The notes under the pieces were generated by a model that was not told the origin of the DNA, made no database searches, and worked only from the letters and a program-made list of their open reading frames with translations. This document shows, in pieces, positions 33,815 through 43,402 of a DNA stretch of 64,000 nt. How positions within the stretch are numbered: position 1 is the first letter of the stretch; each line of letters begins with the position of its first letter. The position numbers were made by a program, and so were the translations under genes. Source of the DNA: Chitinophagaceae bacterium (lineage in GTDB: Bacteria > Bacteroidota > Bacteroidia > Chitinophagales > Chitinophagaceae); NCBI GenBank assembly GCA_019638625.1, contig JAHBTK010000001.1, forward strand, positions 237,434-301,433. Direction: 5' to 3'.

Positions 33815-34816
33815 ATGGAAAAGATTAGAATTGGCATAATAGGAGGAGCAGGATATACGGGCGGGGAACTCATCAGGTTGCTGATCCGTCATCCCAAAGC
33901 TGTCATCTCATTCATACACAGCAGAAGCAATGCGGGTAAACCGGTGAGCAGCGTCCATACGGATCTGCTGGGCGATACGGCGCTTTTTTTTACCAATGAT
34001 CTTTCCCTGCTTGAAAAAGGAGGAGTAGATGTTGTTTTTCTATGTCTTGGACACGGGGAATCCGCGAAGTTTATCACGGAAAATAATATCAATGACCAGG
34101 TAAGCATAATAGATCTTGCAAATGATTTTCGCCTGGAAGGAAAATCGGTTATTGGTAAACGTGATTTCATATACGGGCTGCCCGAGTTGAACAGGAAAGC
34201 GATACTGTCTGCGAAAAATATCGCCAACCCGGGCTGTTTTGCCACTACCATCCAGTTGGGCTTACTGCCCCTGGCTAAAGCAGGGTTACTGGATGAAGTA
34301 TACTCCACCGGCATTACCGGCAGCACGGGTGCGGGACAAAGCCTGACGGCTACCTCTCAGTTCAGTTGGCGGGCAAACAACATCCAGGCCTATAAAACGC
34401 TTACGCATCAGCACCTGGCAGAGATTGTACAATCTTTAAATAAACTGATACCCGCGGGGGGGAAGAAAAACCAGGAGTTGAATTTTGTACCCTGGCGGGG
34501 CGACTTCACCAGGGGGATATTTATCAGTTCTACCGTACACTGCGATGCAGGTTACGATGAGTTGCTGGCATTGTATAAAGAGTTCTATGAGGATGCTGCA
34601 TTTACTTTTGTGAGTGAGCAGCAGATTTTTCTGAAGCAGGTGTTGAATACCAATAAATGCATTGTACAGTTGGAAAAAATCGGCTCTAAACTGGTGGTAC
34701 ATTCTATTGCGGATAACCTGTTGAAAGGTGCCAGCGGCCAGGCGGTGCAAAATATGAACCTGATGTTTGGATTAGGAGAGACCACCGGTTTGCAATTGAA
34801 AGCCGGCTTTTTTTAA
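33815..34816 (+). CDS. argC: N-acyl-gamma-glutamyl-phosphate reductase
   Basis: The ORF begins IGIIGGAGYTGGELIRLL and contains the active-site region NPGCFATTIQLGLLPL. Confidence 0.95.
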   Translation: MEKIRIGIIGGAGYTGGELIRLLIRHPKAVISFIHSRSNAGKPVSSVHTDLLGDTALFFTNDLSLLEKGGVDVVFLCLGHGESAKFITENNINDQVSIIDLANDFRLEGKSVIGKRDFIYGLPELNRKAILSAKNIANPGCFATTIQLGLLPLAKAGLLDEVYSTGITGSTGAGQSLTATSQFSWRANNIQAYKTLTHQHLAEIVQSLNKLIPAGGKKNQELNFVPWRGDFTRGIFISSTVHCDAGYDELLALYKEFYEDAAFTFVSEQQIFLKQVLNTNKCIVQLEKIGSKLVVHSIADNLLKGASGQAVQNMNLMFGLGETTGLQLKAGFF

Positions 34817-35010
34817 ATTGAGTAATATATTAAACTAAATAAATTTTAAACCAAAAAAGGAGCTGTCTTTAAAGAAATATCAGGTAGAAAAATTGTGTAG
34901 ATTACGCTGTTTCAATACTGCTTTGTTTGGCGACCGCTTATTCAGGTGCATAACGTAGCACTGCACACAAGCTTCTCCATTATTTTCAGGCGACTCCGGG
35001 AGGCAATTTT

Positions 35011-36195
35011 ATGAATCTGTTTGACGTATATCCTGTCAATGACGTGGCAATTGTAAAGGCAAAAGGATCCTATGTATGGGACGATAAAGGAGAGCAATAC
35101 CTGGATCTGTATGGCGGGCACGCGGTGATCTCCATCGGGCATACCCATCCGCACTGGGTGCAGCGCATTGAGGAGCAACTGAAAAAAATTGCATTCTACT
35201 CCAACTCTATAAAAATTCCGCTTCAGCAGGAACTGGCGGCAAAACTGGGCAAATTGTCCGGTAAAGACGATTACCAGTTGTTTCTCTGCAACAGCGGTGC
35301 GGAAGCCAATGAAAACGCGTTGAAGCTCGCTTCATTTCATAACGGCAGAAAAAAGGTGGTGGCCTTCAGCAAGGCTTTTCACGGACGTACTTCACTGGCG
35401 GTATCTGTTACCGACAATAAAAACTATATAGCGCCTGTAAACGAAACCGACAATGTGATCTTTCTGCCGTTCAATGATGAGCAGGCGCTGGAAGATGCTT
35501 TCAAAAAAGACGGTAAAAATATTTCCTCTGTTATAGTAGAAGGTATACAGGGGGTAGGCGGCATTAATGTAGCCGGTGAGGGCTTCCTGAAAAAGGTCCG
35601 CAGCCTGTGTGATGCGCATGGCGCCGTATATATCGCGGATAGTGTACAATGCGGATATGGAAGAAGCGGTAAATTCTTCAGTCATGACTTTGCCGGCGTG
35701 AAAGCCGATATCTATACCATGGCTAAAGGAATGGGTAATGGTTTCCCGGTTGCCGGGTTGATCATCGCGCCGCATATCAGGCCAAAGCATTTTCAGTTGG
35801 GCACTACTTTCGGTGGCAATCACCTTGCCTGTGCGGCAGCGCTGGCCGTGCTGGAAGTGCTGGAAGAAGAGAAGTTGTTAGGCAATGCGGTGATGGTAGG
35901 AAAGTTTCTCCGGGAGTCGCTGTTTGAGATCCCGCAGATAACCAATGTAAGGGGACGTGGGCTGATGATCGGTTTTGACGTGCCGGAGGAATTAAAAGAC
36001 CTGAAAAAGAACCTGCTGCTGAACCAAAAGATATTTACCGGGGAAGCCAGGCCAAATGTCATCCGTCTTTTGCCGTCGCTGGCATTAAAGAAAAGAGATG
36101 CGGAAGACTTCATCGAAGCGTTAAAAGAAGAAATTGCAGCTTTGGTGGGTCCTGAAGAAGTAAATGACGAAGCGGTGGCGGAACCGGCAGAATAA
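35011..36195 (+). CDS. argD: Acyl-ornithine aminotransferase (class III PLP aminotransferase)
   Basis: The ORF contains LCNSGAEANENALKLA, FHGRT, IADSVQCGYGRSGKFF and the PLP-lysine region YTMAKGMGNGFP. It lies inside the arg operon. Confidence 0.92.
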   Translation: MNLFDVYPVNDVAIVKAKGSYVWDDKGEQYLDLYGGHAVISIGHTHPHWVQRIEEQLKKIAFYSNSIKIPLQQELAAKLGKLSGKDDYQLFLCNSGAEANENALKLASFHNGRKKVVAFSKAFHGRTSLAVSVTDNKNYIAPVNETDNVIFLPFNDEQALEDAFKKDGKNISSVIVEGIQGVGGINVAGEGFLKKVRSLCDAHGAVYIADSVQCGYGRSGKFFSHDFAGVKADIYTMAKGMGNGFPVAGLIIAPHIRPKHFQLGTTFGGNHLACAAALAVLEVLEEEKLLGNAVMVGKFLRESLFEIPQITNVRGRGLMIGFDVPEELKDLKKNLLLNQKIFTGEARPNVIRLLPSLALKKRDAEDFIEALKEEIAALVGPEEVNDEAVAEPAE

Positions 36196-36227
36196 TAGTC
36201 TTATCAACTTAAATAATTTCTTTATCA

Positions 36228-37199
36228 TTGAAACAGTTTATTTCAGCACACGACATTAGCGATATCGATGCATTTGTAGAAAAAGCGTTGGATTATAAAT
36301 CGAACCCTTTCCGGGATAAAACGTTGGGTGTGAATAAACGGGTAGGACTTTTGTTTTTGAACCCCAGTATGCGCACCCGCCTGAGTACACAGGTTGCGGC
36401 ACAAAACCTGGGCATGGAGTCCATTGTTTTTAATGTAGGCAGCGAAGGCTGGGCGCTGGAATTTGAAGAGGGAGCGGTGATGAATGGCGCCAGGGTGGAA
36501 CATGTGAAAGATGCGGCGCCGATAATGGGAAATTATTTTGATATACTGTGCATCCGCACTTTTCCTTCGCTGTTAAACAGGGAGGAAGACTATAGTGAGC
36601 AGTATATTAACCAGTTTATAAAATATGCCGGTATCCCGGTGATAAGCCTGGAAAGCGCTACCCTGCACCCGTTGCAGAGCTTTACGGATATTATTACCAT
36701 TACAGAGGAACTCAGGAAAAAGCCCTTGGCCCGTAAGCCAAAAATTGTGTTATCCTGGGCCCCGCATGTGAAGGCTTTGCCGCAATGTGTAGCCAACAGT
36801 TTTTCGCAATGGGTAAATGTATGGGGTAATGCTGACTTTATCATTGCACATCCGGAAGGGTATGAGCTGGACCCCTCTTTTACAAAAGGAGCGACCATAA
36901 CACATGACCAGGATGAAGCTTTAAAAGACGCTGATTTTGTGTATGTAAAAAACTGGAGCGCCTACAACGATTATGGTAAGATCTTTACATCCGATCCGGC
37001 ATGGATGCTTACGAACAGGAAGCTGGCGCTGACCAATGACGCGAAGGTCATGCATTGCCTGCCGGTTCGGAGAAATATTGAGCTGAGCGATGAGGTACTG
37101 GATGGCCCGAACAGCATCATAACCCGGGAAGCCTCCAACAGGGTTTGGGCTGCGCAAACGGTGCTGGCAGAGATACTTAAATCCGGCAGTCATGGATAA
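36228..37199 (+). CDS. argF: N-succinyl/N-acetyl-ornithine carbamoyltransferase (argF' type; the Pro in the AAPIMG segment suggests succinylornithine)
   Basis: The 323-aa ORF has a TTG start. It contains SMRTRLS, HPLQSF, the CLP motif in HCLPVRRN, and WAPH. The segment HVKDAAPIMGNYFD aligns with the B. fragilis SOTCase segment EAIPVMG (Pro90), as I recall it. Confidence 0.85.
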   Translation: MKQFISAHDISDIDAFVEKALDYKSNPFRDKTLGVNKRVGLLFLNPSMRTRLSTQVAAQNLGMESIVFNVGSEGWALEFEEGAVMNGARVEHVKDAAPIMGNYFDILCIRTFPSLLNREEDYSEQYINQFIKYAGIPVISLESATLHPLQSFTDIITITEELRKKPLARKPKIVLSWAPHVKALPQCVANSFSQWVNVWGNADFIIAHPEGYELDPSFTKGATITHDQDEALKDADFVYVKNWSAYNDYGKIFTSDPAWMLTNRKLALTNDAKVMHCLPVRRNIELSDEVLDGPNSIITREASNRVWAAQTVLAEILKSGSHG

Positions 37200-38031
37200 G
37201 CTGCTGGTTGTGAAAATTGGTGGAAATATCATTGATGATGAAGAAAAATTGTCACCATTCCTTAAAGAATTTGCCCGGCTGTTTGGAAGCGGCGCTGCTT
37301 CGTCAGGGGCAAAGGCCATCCTGGTACATGGAGGCGGAAAGCTTGCTACTAAACTGGGGGAGACCTTAGGAGTTGAGCAAAAGTTGGTGGACGGCAGGCG
37401 CATCACCGATGCCGAAACCCTGAAAATTGTCACTATGGTCTATGCAGGGCTTATCAACAAAAATATAGTGGCGCAGTTGCAGTCATATGGTTGTAATGCC
37501 ATCGGTTTAAGCGGTGCGGATGGTAATGCTGTTCTTGCGCATAAAAGAATTGCGCACAACTCCCCTTTAGGGGTGGAAGGCTATGGTTTTGCCGGGGATG
37601 TGGACGAAGTGAATGCCTCTTTTTTGCATACACTCCTGTCTGCCGGCAACACGGTGGTGCTTGCCCCCATCACCCATAACGGTAAGGGACAACTGCTGAA
37701 TACCAACGCGGATACCATCGCCCAGGAAACAGCGAAGGCTATGGCCGCTCATTATGATGTATCGCTGATATATTCTTTTGAGAAAGCCGGTGTATTGCTG
37801 GACGTGAATGATGATTCATCGGTGATCAGGGAACTGACCCCCGCATACTATGAGCAACTGAAACCTTCCTCTTCAGGTGAAGGGGGCAGAATATTTGCCG
37901 GAATGATCCCCAAGCTGGATAACGCCTTTGCCGCATTGAACAGCGGCGTAAAAAAAGTGATCATCGGAAAAGCAGAGGAACTGGAGCAACTGGTTGAAGG
38001 GAAGTCCGGTACAACAATAATCAATGGCTGA
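37192..38031 (+). CDS. argB: Acetylglutamate kinase family protein
   Basis: The ORF contains VVKIGGNIIDD, VHGGG, NADTIAQETA. It overlaps argF' by 8 nt. Confidence 0.93.
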   Translation: MDKLLVVKIGGNIIDDEEKLSPFLKEFARLFGSGAASSGAKAILVHGGGKLATKLGETLGVEQKLVDGRRITDAETLKIVTMVYAGLINKNIVAQLQSYGCNAIGLSGADGNAVLAHKRIAHNSPLGVEGYGFAGDVDEVNASFLHTLLSAGNTVVLAPITHNGKGQLLNTNADTIAQETAKAMAAHYDVSLIYSFEKAGVLLDVNDDSSVIRELTPAYYEQLKPSSSGEGGRIFAGMIPKLDNAFAALNSGVKKVIIGKAEELEQLVEGKSGTTIING

Positions 38032-39133
38032 ATCTATTTCCATATTGGCAGGGGAAGCAATAGAATTGCTTAAACGGCTGATCGCTATACCTTCATTCAG
38101 TAAAGAAGAAGATCAGACCGCCGGTGTATTATGCCTTTTTTTTGCTCAGAAAGGGATACCTCATTTCAGGGTGGGCAATAATGTTTTCGCCAGTAACAAA
38201 TTTTTTGATGAAGGCAAAGCTTCCGTGTTACTGAATTCGCATCATGATACGGTGAAGCCGAACAAAGGCTATACGCTCGATCCTTTTGAACCGGTAGAGA
38301 GAGACGGCAAACTATTCGGTTTAGGCAGCAATGATGCCGGTGGTTGCCTTGTATCGCTGATCGCCGCATTCTTATATTTTTATGAAAGGGATGATCTTGC
38401 TTTTAATATCGTATTTGCTGCCAGCGCGGAAGAAGAGATTTCCGGTAAAGGAGGAATAGAATATCTTTTTCAGAATGAAATTTTCAACCCGGCAAAAAAG
38501 AACTGGGCTTTTGCGATAGTAGGCGAGCCTACGCAAATGCAAATGGCAGTTGCAGAAAAAGGGTTGATGGTACTGGACTGCGTAGTACATGGTAAAGCAG
38601 GGCATGCCGCCAGGGAAGAGGGCGAGAATGCTATATATAAAGCGATACAGGATATAGAATGGTTCAGGAATTTCCCGTTTCCCAAAGTGTCGGAACTGTT
38701 GGGACCGGTTAAAACCAGCGTTACAGTTGTTCAGACCGATAATACGGCACACAATGTAGTACCCTCTCAATGCAGGTTCGTGGTAGATGTACGGGTAAAT
38801 GAACTGTATAGCCTGGAGGAAGTGCTGGATATCATACGGTCGAATGTAAACTGTGAAATTCAACCGCGTAGTTTGCGGCTGCGTTCTTCCGGTATTGATT
38901 TGAACCATCCCCTGGTGCAGGCCGGGCTGGCTTTGGGAAGAACTTACTATGGTTCACCTACTACATCCGACCAGGCATTGATACCTTTTATCTCTTTAAA
39001 AATTGGTCCCGGCGACTCGGCAAGAAGCCATACCGCCGATGAATATATTTATATACATGAAATAAAAGAAGGGATCGAACTGTATATTCAACTGATTGAA
39101 ACGGTGAGTGATAAGTTGAAAATTGAAAATTGA
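38024..39133 (+). CDS. argE: M20-family deacylase (acetylornithine deacetylase / acyl-citrulline deacylase role)
   Basis: The 369-aa ORF has M20 motifs (LNSHHDTV, GSNDAGG, EEEISGKGG, GKAGHAA). It overlaps argB by 8 nt. Its last six codons (KLKIEN) are encoded by the heptad repeat tract. Confidence 0.85.
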   Translation: MAESISILAGEAIELLKRLIAIPSFSKEEDQTAGVLCLFFAQKGIPHFRVGNNVFASNKFFDEGKASVLLNSHHDTVKPNKGYTLDPFEPVERDGKLFGLGSNDAGGCLVSLIAAFLYFYERDDLAFNIVFAASAEEEISGKGGIEYLFQNEIFNPAKKNWAFAIVGEPTQMQMAVAEKGLMVLDCVVHGKAGHAAREEGENAIYKAIQDIEWFRNFPFPKVSELLGPVKTSVTVVQTDNTAHNVVPSQCRFVVDVRVNELYSLEEVLDIIRSNVNCEIQPRSLRLRSSGIDLNHPLVQAGLALGRTYYGSPTTSDQALIPFISLKIGPGDSARSHTADEYIYIHEIKEGIELYIQLIETVSDKLKIEN

Positions 39134-39197
39134 AAGCGGGGGGATGTGTGGGGTGCATTCCAAATTTTCGTTCTATGAAAGTTTCCGGTCGGTGGGA

Positions 39198-39421
39198 CCT
39201 GCCTACCGGTCAGGCAGGCACCATGGCCGTCAACTTAAGAAACATAAGCACTAAAATACCCCGAAAGGGGTTTAATTTGAATAGTCCCCAACAGAGTTGG
39301 GGATGCAACCGGTGGTGAGGTCGCCCAAAATTTACATTGAACCCCGCAGGGGTTCAACAAAAACTTTGACATTCTTACCCCCAACTTCGTTGGAGGCTAC
39401 TCAAATTCAAGCCCTCCGGGC
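39198..39421 (+). repeat. Battery of six short GC-rich hairpins inside the argE-argH spacer
   Basis: The hairpins are:
- CCTGCC-N9-GGCAGG (39198-39218)
- CCCC-GAAA-GGGG (39259-39270)
- CCCCAAC-aga-GTTGGGG (39286-39302)
- TGAACCCC-gca-GGGGTTCA (39338-39356)
- CCCCCAAC-ttc-GTTGGAGG (39378-39396)
- GCCC-tcc-GGGC (39411-39421)

Several of them are followed by a TTAAATTGA-like motif. Confidence 0.7.
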
Positions 39422-39616
39422 TTAAATTGACGATCATGGTGAGACACCGGCCGGTAGCTGAATGAGCAGTAATTTTGGTGATTTGAAGCAGGGATATGAA
39501 CCTTTAAGCAAAATGATTAATAAATTCATTGTCCGGATCAGTGAACATATGCGTTAGACAGTAGTGATTTAATTGCAACCTGGAACTTGAACCCTTAGGC
39601 ACTTAAAACCTGATAC

Positions 39617-40918
39617 ATGAAACTTTGGCAAAAAGACAGCTCATCTGTAAATGATTTGATTGAAAAATTCACTGTTGGCAGGGATAAGGAATTTGATATC
39701 CTGTTGGCCTGGTATGATGTGCAGGGCTCTATTGCCCATGTGAAGATGCTGAAGGAAGTGGGTTTAATGAGCGCTGAAGACGCGGATGCTGCCGTTAAAG
39801 GACTGGAAGTGATCTGCGACGAAATTGAAAAGGGCAAATTTGTGATAGAAGAAGGAATGGAGGATGTGCATTCGCAGGTAGAGTATCTCTTAACACAACG
39901 TATAGGCGAAGCCGGCAAACAGATACACAGCGGGCGGAGCCGGAACGACCAGGTAGCGGTGGACCTGAAGCTATACCTGCGTGCCGAAGTGCTGGCGGTA
40001 AAGGAGGAAGTGAAAGCCTTATTTGATCTGCTGATAACGCAGAGTGAAAAGTTTAAAAATGTTTTGCTGCCGGGATATACCCATCTGCAGATCGCTATGC
40101 CTTCTTCTTTCGGGTTGTGGTTTGGCGCTTATGCCGAAAGTCTCACCGATGATATGGAACTGCTGGCGGCAGCCTATCATGTCGCCAATAAGAACCCCCT
40201 GGGCAGTGGCGCCGGGTATGGTTCTTCCTTTCCGCTGAACAGGACGCTTACTACGCAGTTGCTGCAGTTCGGGTCCCTGAATTACAACTCGGTGTATGCG
40301 CAGATGAGCCGGGGAAAAACAGAAAAAATGGTGGCCACCGGCATCAGCGCGGTAGCGGCTACTTTAAGCAAGCTGGCAATGGACGCCTGCCTGTATATCA
40401 ACCAGAACTTCGGCTTTATTTCTTTCCCGTCTGAACTGACAACGGGGAGCAGCATTATGCCGCATAAAAAGAACCCCGATGTATTTGAATTGATCCGTGC
40501 CAAATGCAACCGTATACAGGCCACACCCAACGAACTGACTTTACTGATCAATAACCTGCCATCCGGTTATCACCGCGATCTGCAGTTGACCAAGGAAATA
40601 TTGTTTCCTGCCCTGGAAGAGCTGAAAGCCTGTATACAAATGACCATACTGATGTTGTCCAATATCAGCGTGACAGAAAATATACTGGATGACGAAAAGT
40701 ACCGCTACCTTTTCAGCGTGGAGGCTGTGAATGAGTTCGTGAACAAAGGCGTTTCTTTCCGCGATGCCTATCGCCGGGTAGGTAATGATATTGAAAATGG
40801 AAACTTCCATTACGACTACAAAAAGCAATTGCATCATACACACGAAGGAAGTCTCGGCAATCTGTGCAACGATGGCATCCGGGAGCAGATGAATAAGGTG
40901 CTGGCGAAGTTTAAATAG
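39617..40918 (+). CDS. argH: Argininosuccinate lyase
   Basis: The 433-aa ORF contains SGRSRNDQVAVDL, GYTHLQIAMP and the signature GSSIMPHKKNPDVFE. Confidence 0.96.
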   Translation: MKLWQKDSSSVNDLIEKFTVGRDKEFDILLAWYDVQGSIAHVKMLKEVGLMSAEDADAAVKGLEVICDEIEKGKFVIEEGMEDVHSQVEYLLTQRIGEAGKQIHSGRSRNDQVAVDLKLYLRAEVLAVKEEVKALFDLLITQSEKFKNVLLPGYTHLQIAMPSSFGLWFGAYAESLTDDMELLAAAYHVANKNPLGSGAGYGSSFPLNRTLTTQLLQFGSLNYNSVYAQMSRGKTEKMVATGISAVAATLSKLAMDACLYINQNFGFISFPSELTTGSSIMPHKKNPDVFELIRAKCNRIQATPNELTLLINNLPSGYHRDLQLTKEILFPALEELKACIQMTILMLSNISVTENILDDEKYRYLFSVEAVNEFVNKGVSFRDAYRRVGNDIENGNFHYDYKKQLHHTHEGSLGNLCNDGIREQMNKVLAKFK

Positions 40919-40926
40919 CGCGAGAT

Positions 40927-40951
40927 CTCACAGGTTTCTAAAACCTGTGAG
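40927..40951. terminator. 10-bp hairpin between convergent argH and the SRPBCC gene
   Basis: The hairpin is CTCACAGGTT-tctaa-AACCTGTGAG, starting 9 nt after the argH stop. It overlaps the last codons of the minus-strand gene. Confidence 0.6.
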
Positions 40952-41432
40952 GTCCTGGAAGGAGCCCTTGCCGGGAGTCTTCCGCCCAGGTTTTTATTGT
41001 TTCATTTCTTTTTAGCAGAAGCCTGGTCATATAATGTTTCAGTACAAGGTAGTCAAAGCAGTTACCCACAAAGGAAAACGGCGTCTCGTACTGAAAGATA
41101 TCTTTCAGTACGGTCTGCCCGTTCTCTTCAGCAAAAAAATGCTGGTGCCGTATGCTTTTGAATATACCTTTCAGCATGATATCTTCGAAGTAGACCGGGT
41201 ATTCCATTTGAGTGATCTGCATAGTGAGCTGTTGGTAAATGCCAAAATGCCTGGCCCGCCACGTGACAATATCCCCTTTTTCAAACAACCCGTCCTGTTT
41301 TCCTGAAACCACTGTCTCATGGGTATGTCTGGTAGAGATCATATGAAGGGTTACACTTCTCGATAGGTCGAAGCAGTACGAGACTGGCGCTTTGATTGTT
41401 GTTATCAGCTCAATGGTTGTCATTGTTGTCAA
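40938..41432 (-). CDS. SRPBCC-superfamily protein
   Basis: The 164-aa ORF reads IELITTIKAPVSYCFDLSRSV...TWRARHFGIYQQLTMQITQME...FKSIRHQHFF. It is paralogous to 45145..45618. Confidence 0.8.
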   Translation of the reverse strand: MTTMTTIELITTIKAPVSYCFDLSRSVTLHMISTRHTHETVVSGKQDGLFEKGDIVTWRARHFGIYQQLTMQITQMEYPVYFEDIMLKGIFKSIRHQHFFAEENGQTVLKDIFQYETPFSFVGNCFDYLVLKHYMTRLLLKRNETIKTWAEDSRQGLLPGPHRF

Positions 41433-41441
41433 ACTTACCCT

Positions 41442-42224
41442 CTAAAATTTTAAAGACATTCCCGTTTGCAGATTGACGGCGCTTAAAGCGTATTGTTTTT
41501 TTGTCGGAATCCAATAGAGAGGATCATTGGGAAACTGGCCTGCGGAATAAGAATACTTATAGGGCAGACGGGCATCGAAGTACGCGAGGTCAAGTAACAG
41601 GCTTAATCTTTTGTTGATATGAAATTTAATCGCTACATCTGCCTGGTAGCAGAATGACCAGGGAAGGCTTTGATTTCCTAAACTGAACGCTCCCGACATA
41701 TCGTATGTAAAAGGGTCTCCCTGTATTTTATACCTGTAAAAGACACGGTGCCCGGGCTTAGCGGTGTTACATATTCCGGCCGACAGCCCTGGTTGGAGCT
41801 CAAGCCTTTCGTTCGATGAGATTGGGATACGATAATAAGCGCCCGCCATGATATGAATAGCTTTCCATTGCCTGGCTGATGCGACAACTGTGGCATCTTC
41901 GGGTAGCGTCTTCCGAACGGACCGGGCAAGTTCCCGTACATTTTGTCGGTGTAGTGAACCTCCGGCTTGCAGGGAAATATCCCAGTTTTTGTTCAGATGA
42001 TACTGCAACTGTATATTCCCGGTAAGCCCTGGAACAGCATTCCCGGAAGTGTCGTGTGGCGAACCAGGCCGATCATGGAAGGATATGTGGGCAAATCGTC
42101 CAACCGGGATGGACGGACCCAGTTTAAGGTTGATCATCAATCGTCGTTCTTTATCCTGCGCCGTTGCCAGGTGTATAAGCGTGCACCCGATAGCGGTCAA
42201 TAGTAGTGTTCTCATTGAGTTCAT
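41442..42224 (-). CDS. Outer-membrane beta-barrel protein, function unknown
   Basis: The 260-aa ORF has a signal peptide (LLLTAIGCTLIHLATAQ), alternating-strand patterns and a C-terminal LQTGMSLKF ending in Phe. Confidence 0.75.
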   Translation of the reverse strand: MNSMRTLLLTAIGCTLIHLATAQDKERRLMINLKLGPSIPVGRFAHISFHDRPGSPHDTSGNAVPGLTGNIQLQYHLNKNWDISLQAGGSLHRQNVRELARSVRKTLPEDATVVASARQWKAIHIMAGAYYRIPISSNERLELQPGLSAGICNTAKPGHRVFYRYKIQGDPFTYDMSGAFSLGNQSLPWSFCYQADVAIKFHINKRLSLLLDLAYFDARLPYKYSYSAGQFPNDPLYWIPTKKQYALSAVNLQTGMSLKF

Positions 42225-42466
42225 TCCTGATTTCTGATTGCGGGAAGTATGATTTGGGTTTCTTCATAAAATCAGCGATCCCCGGTTTTCAATATGGTAA
42301 CAGTATTTATCTTAGAACGAAAATCTGATGGCGTTATTACGGGTTCCTGTATTACCTGCGGATATACAATATCCTAACAATTTTTGTAAAAAGTAAGTAT
42401 AGCTCCTTTATTAGGCGTAATTTTGCAGCATTTTAAACGCTGTTTTTTAGATAACCCGATAGAATT

Positions 42467-43396
42467 ATGTCTTTAATAGTTGTTGGCTCCATGGCCTTTG
42501 ATGCAATAGAAACCCCTTTTGGCAAAAGTGATAAAATTGTAGGTGGTGCAGCCACTTATATTGCCTGGAGCGCTTCCAATTTTACCCGCCCCGTTAAACA
42601 GATATCGGTAGTCGGGGGAGATTTCCCGGAGGATGAGCTGTCGCAACTGGAAGCCAGGGGTGTACAACTGGAGGGGGTACAGATCAAAAAAGATAAGAAA
42701 TCCTTTTTCTGGAGCGGTCGCTATCATATGGACATGAATACCCGCGATACGCTGGAAACCCAGTTGAATGTATTGGGAGAGTTTGAACCGGTGGTACCGG
42801 AAAGTTACCAGGGAGCGGATATCCTGATGCTCGGAAATCTTTCTCCTGCCGTGCAGATGAGCGTAATTGAACAGATGCAGAAACGCCCGAAACTCGTGGT
42901 GCTCGATACCATGAATTTCTGGATGGAAACTGCCCTGCCGGACCTGGAAAAAGTGTTGAAACATGTGGATGTATTACTGGTGAATGATTCAGAAGCCAGG
43001 CAGTTAACCGCACAGTATTCCCTGGTAAAAGCCGCCAAGGAGATCAACAAGATGGGTCCTAAGTTCGTGGTGATCAAAAAGGGGGAACATGGGGCGTTAT
43101 TGTTCAACAAGGACCATGTGTTTTACGCGCCGGCGCTTCCGTTGGAGGAAGTATTTGACCCTACCGGGGCCGGTGATACGTTCGCCGGTGGTTTTGTAGG
43201 ATATCTGGACAACAGTAAAGATTTTACGTTCGATGGTATGAAATCAGCGATCATTGTCGGATCGGCGATCGCGTCTTTTTCTGTAGAAAAATTTGGTACT
43301 ACACGTTTGAAAGAACTGAAAAGGGCGGAAATTGAAGAACGTATCCAGCAATTTGTAGAACTGGTGAATTTCGATATCGCCCTGATTAATAAATAG
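42467..43396 (+). CDS. PfkB-family carbohydrate/nucleoside kinase
   Basis: The 309-aa ORF begins VGSMAFDAIETPFG and contains VVIKKGEHGALL and the signature DPTGAGDTFAGGF. Confidence 0.9.
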   Translation: MSLIVVGSMAFDAIETPFGKSDKIVGGAATYIAWSASNFTRPVKQISVVGGDFPEDELSQLEARGVQLEGVQIKKDKKSFFWSGRYHMDMNTRDTLETQLNVLGEFEPVVPESYQGADILMLGNLSPAVQMSVIEQMQKRPKLVVLDTMNFWMETALPDLEKVLKHVDVLLVNDSEARQLTAQYSLVKAAKEINKMGPKFVVIKKGEHGALLFNKDHVFYAPALPLEEVFDPTGAGDTFAGGFVGYLDNSKDFTFDGMKSAIIVGSAIASFSVEKFGTTRLKELKRAEIEERIQQFVELVNFDIALINK

Positions 43397-43402
43397 GCTG
43401 AT

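Noticed and set aside
39130-39318. The 62-aa ORF in the argE-argH spacer.
   Set aside because: - It starts inside the heptad tract and reads across hairpin repeats.
- Its composition is not protein-like.
- The region is better explained as structured noncoding DNA or RNA.
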